From: Eledone cirrhosa
Taxonomy: Eukaryota
DNA length: 64,000 nt
Assembly (NCBI GenBank): GCA_964016885.1
Contig: OZ024751.1
Span: forward strand, 14,880,001-14,944,000
Reading direction: 5' to 3'
The stretch's first letter is position 1. Every line of letters begins with the position of its first letter. The position numbers and the translations under genes are program-made. The notes below the pieces were generated by a model. It did not search any database. It saw nothing but the letters and a program-made list of their open reading frames with translations, and was not told the origin of the DNA. Shown here piece after piece: positions 58,670 through 64,000 of this stretch.

Positions 58670-59022
58670 TGTGAGTGTGAGTGCACCAGAGAGAGAAAGG
58701 GAGAGGGGGGTGGTGAGTGTGAGTCCAACCGGGAAGAGAATCTGAATGCGAGTGCAACTGGAGAGAGAGAGAGAGAGAGTATGTAAATGTGAGTACAGCT
58801 TGATATGTTTATATACAGGTATTATAAAGATATTGTCTTGTCAAACTGACTTATCTATGTTAGTTCACGTTGAGTGGCGACTGGATGAGTGAGTATGTGA
58901 GTATAAGTGTGAGTTGCAGCGCAGCTGGAGAAAGAAAATGCAAATGTGAGTGTTTGTGAAGCTGGTAAGAAAATGTGAATTTGAGTGCAGTGAGAGAGAA
59001 AGGATGTAAGTGCGAGTGCTCC

Positions 59023-59063
<41 letters not shown>

Positions 59064-59415
59064 TGTGTGTGTGTGTGTGTGTGACAGAGAGAGAGGGGGC
59101 GTGAGTACAAGTGTGGGTACATTTGGAGAGAGAGGATGTGAGTGTGAATACGAATGCTGGTAAAGTTGGCGAGAGAGGATGTGAGTGTGAAAACGAGTGT
59201 GAGTGCAGCTCGAGAGAGAGAGGATGCAAGTGTGAGTAAATTGTGAGTGCAGAGTGCAGCTGGAGAGAGATTATGTGAGTGTGAGTACAGCTTGAAATGT
59301 TTATATACAGGTATTATAAAGATATTGTCTCGTGAAACTGATTTCTCCATTCTAGTTCAAGTTGAGTGGCGACTGGATGAGTGTAAGTGTGAGTGCAGTT
59401 TGAAATGTTAACATG
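58670..59415. repeat. GT/GA-rich region with a ~100-bp block duplicated ~493 bp apart
   Basis: 58790-58890 matches 59283-59382. Confidence 0.75.
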
Positions 59416-60344
59416 CAGACAGTATTAAGACATTTCTAGTAAGGAAACAATCTAAATAAACCGATTTATGTGTTCTGGTTTAGTAAGTATATTTTTGCAG
59501 ACAGTGAAAGAAATATATCGATCATTTATGACAGCTCTAATGCACACGTCTGTCCATTGTTGAAAGTGAACGGTATTAATGTGTCTTCTAGTATATTCAC
59601 TCCGACGTTGTCATGTCTCCTACACTATCGATCGATCTTACATCTCCGCCAAGTCTGTTTGATAAGGTTTAATGCGTTAGATGGACGCTATCCAATAAGC
59701 AGACGACAATGAATGCAGCGGCTCCAGGCAGTGTCGAAATTTCCGTTAATTCAGTGTCAAAGCCAACTAGTGAATAGACTCACAATATTACAGAATTTGA
59801 CATTTGTTTTAGTTTTTCTATTAATCTTCATCCATTTTGATATTAAGGACAAAATGAAAACTATTTTCAGCGCTACATGGAGTCTCCAGTTTTGTTTAAC
59901 AATTTAATTTATAGTGGACAGCTCTTGACTCTTAATGGCTGGTGTGCAGTATGTCGATCTATTATATTCCCAGTTATTGTTGTTCGTCCGACTCATACGA
60001 CGATGTTCATAACCTCAAGCCACAGCTAATGAGTAAGCTCAACTCGTAAATAATTGTTGACGCCTAGCGAGGAAACCATTAGAGATAAATAACTAAAATA
60101 CTTTGGGTAGTTGGTAGTTCTTTCTTTAAGGATTTCACTTCACTTATTCTAACGTGTGTATTTACAGAACACTCCTTAAAAGTGTTAACATTGAAATTAT
60201 CTAAAGTCCGACCATTCTGATAATAGAATATATGACATAATATAGGGTGCCACCATTGAAGCCAAACATACTGAAATCAAAGAAACATGAACACATTCAA
60301 GGCTGTAATCGGTCTATAGAATTGTGTCCATTATTACAGTTGTT

Positions 60345-61492
60345 AAGGGCAGTGGATTGGCAGTATCAGTAGAGAGTCGGACGCCATGCTTTCTAGCATA
60401 GAGTTACGTCCCTTTACGGACTGGGTTCAAATCCCTCCAAGGTTAACTTTGCCTTTCATCCTTACGGGGTCGATAAAATAAAGTACCAGTAATGTACTGG
60501 GTAATTGCTGGCCTTGTGCCAAAAGTAGAAACAATTATTACAGTTGTTAAAAGGACGGTGGATTGGCAGAATCGGTAGAGCGTCGAACAAAATGTCATTG
60601 TGGTATTTGTTCTGGCTCTTTACTTACTGAGTTCAAACCCCGGCGTGGTTAACTTTGCCTTTCATCCTTACGAGGTCGATAAAATACCAGTAATGCACTG
60701 GGACTGATTTAATCGACTTTACCCATCTCCCAAAATTGCTGGCCTTGTGCTTAAATCAGAAGCCATTTATTATAGTTCTTATAAGGGTAGTAGATTACTA
60801 GAATTAGTAGAGTGTCGGACAAAATACTCTTGAGGTATTTCTTATGGCTCTTTATATTCTGAGTTCAAATCCCGCCGAGGTCAACTTTTGGCGAGATTTT
60901 ATTTTTAGAGAGTATTATTACTTTATCGAAGGGCGGTGGATTGGCAGTATCGGTAGAGGATCGGACGCCATGCTTTGACGCATAGAGTTACGGCCCTTGC
61001 CATTCTGAGTTCAAATCCCGCCGAGGTCAACTTTGCCTTTTCATCCTTACGGGGTCGATAAAATAAAGTACCAGTAATGCACTGGGTAATTGCTGGCCTT
61101 GTGCCAAAAGTAGAAACAATTATTACTTTATCGAACAATTTAGTTTGTGGCATATAGTTACGTCCCTTTACGTTTTGAGTTCAAATCACGCTGAGGACAA
61201 CTTTGCCTTTCATCCTTACGGGTCGATAAAATAAAGTACCAGTAATGCACTGGGGTAATTGCTGGCCTTGTGCCAAAAGTAGAAACAATTATTACTTTAT
61301 CGAACAATTTGGTTTGTGGCATATGGTTACGTCCCTTTACGTTTTAGCTCAAATCCCGCCGAGGTCAACTTTGCCTTTCATCCTTACGGGTCGAAAAAAT
61401 AAAGTACCAGTGAGGTACTGGGGAGTTGAGTTAATCAACTTTGCCCTTATCCTAAATTGCTAGCCTTGTTCCATTGTTAGAAATAATTATTA
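60345..61492 (+). mobile_element. Head-to-tail array of ~6 SINE family A copies
   Basis: Heads at ~60346, 60553, 60784 and 60930; 5'-truncated units at ~61150 and 61320. Confidence 0.88.
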
Positions 61493-61885
61493 TATTTACG
61501 TGTAAATAGTGATTTCTCACAAACTAAACGCAATTAACCGGATGTCACACAGGTATCTGATGTTTCAGCCGACATCTAAAGTTATTTCTCTTCCTCTTAT
61601 CGTTCTTGGAAGTCTAGTTTATCTGAAGTGTATTTCATTAATGTCTGGTTCATTAGTGTATCATGAGCTTGGTTTTCGTTAGTGTTTAATTAGTGTTGTT
61701 ATTGGTATTACCATTAGCATTCTCATTAATGTTGGCTTCATTAAAGCATCATTAGAGTTGTTAGTCAAGTTTTCATTAGTGCTGTCTTCGTTAGTACTAT
61801 CTGTTAATTTGTCCAAGATACCATGCAGTGGATCGAACCGGTGCCATTGTGATTGCGGAGCGAGATTCTTAACCATTTGGCCATA

Positions 61886-62627
61886 CGAGAGTCGACTGAG
61901 AAGTTCATAGGTTGACTTGAAGGAGTGATGCTAGAGTTGTGAAATCTTGCATGCATTAATTTAAACCCTTCTTATTAATAATATCATTGTTTCTGTCTAT
62001 GTTGAAATATATACCTCATTTGGTCATTCCATGAGAGAATCTTGGTCATAGGTTGACTATGAAGGAGTGAAGCTAGAGTTGTGAAATCTTGCATGCATTA
62101 ATTTCAACCCTTCTTATTAATGATATCATTGTTTCTGTCTATGTTGAAATATATACCTCATTTGGTCATAGGTTGACTTGAAGGAGTGAAGCTAGAGTTG
62201 TGAAATCTTGCATGCATTAATTTCAACCCTTCTTATTAATGATATCATTGTTTCTGTCTATGTTGAAATATATACCTCATTTGGTCATTCCATGAGAGAA
62301 TCTTGGTCATAGGTTGACTATGAAGGAGTGAAGCTAGAGTTGTGAAATCTTGCATGCATTAATTTCAACCCTTCTTATTAATGATATCATTGTTTCTGTC
62401 TATGTTGAAATATATACCTCATTTGGTCATTCCATGAGAGAATCTTGGTCATAGGTTGACTATGAAGGAGTGAAGCTAGAGTTGTGAAATCTTGCATGCA
62501 TTAATTTCAACCCTTCTTATTAATAACTGTATTGTTTCTGTCCAGGGACTATGTTGAAAAATATACCTCATTTAGACATTCCACGAGAGTATCTTGGTCA
62601 GCTTATGAACTTTTCAGACGACCCTCG
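61886..62627. mobile_element. Mariner-type MITE with ~5 internal 120-142 bp tandem units
   Basis: TA-CGAGAGTCGACTGAGAAGTTCATAGGTTGAC ... GTCAGCTTATGAACTTTTCAGACGACCCTCG-TA. Confidence 0.85.
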
Positions 62628-62649
62628 TACATACTATGTTCACACATTT

Positions 62650-64000
62650 TACTGATGGTTATGTAAAGATATTTTTAGACATCAACTATAATGGGGTTTA
62701 TATTATAAACTTTTAGACATCTCTACTGATGGTTTATGTAAATATATTTCTAGTCAGAAACATATAAACATATTTCTAGTCTATATAAATATATAAATAT
62801 ATTTCTAGTTTAAATATATAGTCATAAATATATAAATATATTTCTAGTTATATAAATATATTTCTAGTTTATATAAATATATTTCTAGATGGTTATGTAA
62901 ATGGATTCCATGACACTGAATATAAATGGTTATGTAAACAAACTTCTAGTGATGGTTATATAAATATACATATAGACGCTATGTGTAGTGATCGTTTATG
63001 TAAATATATTTTTAGGCACCATCCATATTGATAGTTCTTTAAATAATTTTCTAGATACAATGATTGTTTATATAGAAACCATCTATAATAATGGCTATAA
63101 TGTAAATAGACCTCTATACAATATGTGTAGTGAGAGTCATATAATTATACTTATAGACATCATGTGTAGTGATGGTTATATAGAAACACTTCTAGACATC
63201 ATGTGTGGTGATGGTTATACAGAAACACTTCTAGACATCATGTGCAGTGATGGTTATCTAAAAACACTCCTGACATCATGTGTAGTGATGGTTATATAGA
63301 AACACTTCTAGACATCATGTGTAGTGATGGTTATATAGAAACATTTCTAGACATCATCTGTAGTGATGGTTATACAGAAACATTTCTAGACATCATCTGT
63401 AGTGATGGTTATACAGGAACACTTCTAGACATCATGTGTAGTGATGGTTATACAGGAACACTTCTAGACATCATGTGTAGTGATGGTTATACAGGAACAC
63501 TTCTAGACATCATGTGTAGTGATGGTTATACAGGAACACTTCTAGACATCAACTATAGTGATGGTTATATAGAAACACTTCTAGACATCAACTATAGTGA
63601 TGGTTATACAGAAACACTTCTAGACATCAACTATAGTGATGGTTATACAGAAACACTTCTAGACATCAACTATAGTGATGGTTATATAGAAACACTTCTA
63701 GACATCAACTATAGTGATGGTTATACAGAAACACTTCTAGACATCAACTATAGTGATGGTTATACAGAAACACTTCTAGACATCAACTATAGTGATGGTT
63801 ATACAGAAACATTTCTAGACATCAACTATAGTGATGGTTATACAGAAACACTTCTAGACATCATGTGTAGTGATGGTTATACAGAAACACTTCTAGACAT
63901 CATGTGTAGTGATGGTTATACAGAAACACTTCTAGACATCAACTATAGTGATGGTTATACAGAAACACTTCTAGACATCAACTATAGTGATGGTTATACA
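62650..64000. repeat. 39-bp minisatellite, degenerate at the left and running off the window
   Basis: TAGTGATGGTTATACAGAAACACTTCTAGACATCA(ACTA/TGTG). Confidence 0.95.

Noticed and set aside
59420-60340. Possible exons in unique sequence
   Set aside because: Short ORFs with no recognisable domain or convincing splice pattern.

Overview
AT-rich, repeat-saturated eukaryotic non-coding DNA. The SINE families and (TA)n/(CA)n/(TATG)n density suggest a cephalopod (Octopus-like) genome; this is inferred, not searched. No credible cellular protein-coding gene is visible, and nearly all ORFs are translations of simple repeats. The window holds two large satellites (16.8-26.5 kb, 29.5-35.0 kb), several minisatellites, tRNA-derived SINEs (some in head-to-tail arrays), several MITEs and an internally deleted RTE-like element. 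The main observation is about 15 short (100-500 bp) inserts from several sequence families, sitting in (TA)n tracts and carrying type I hammerhead ribozyme motifs of the Penelope-like-element kind. About ten motifs are complete or near-complete and five are 3' halves. Many form fold-back palindromes or inversions whose breakpoints fall at the ribozyme, and their 3' tails share a short YGAGY motif. All structures were read by eye, so coordinates may be off by a few bases.
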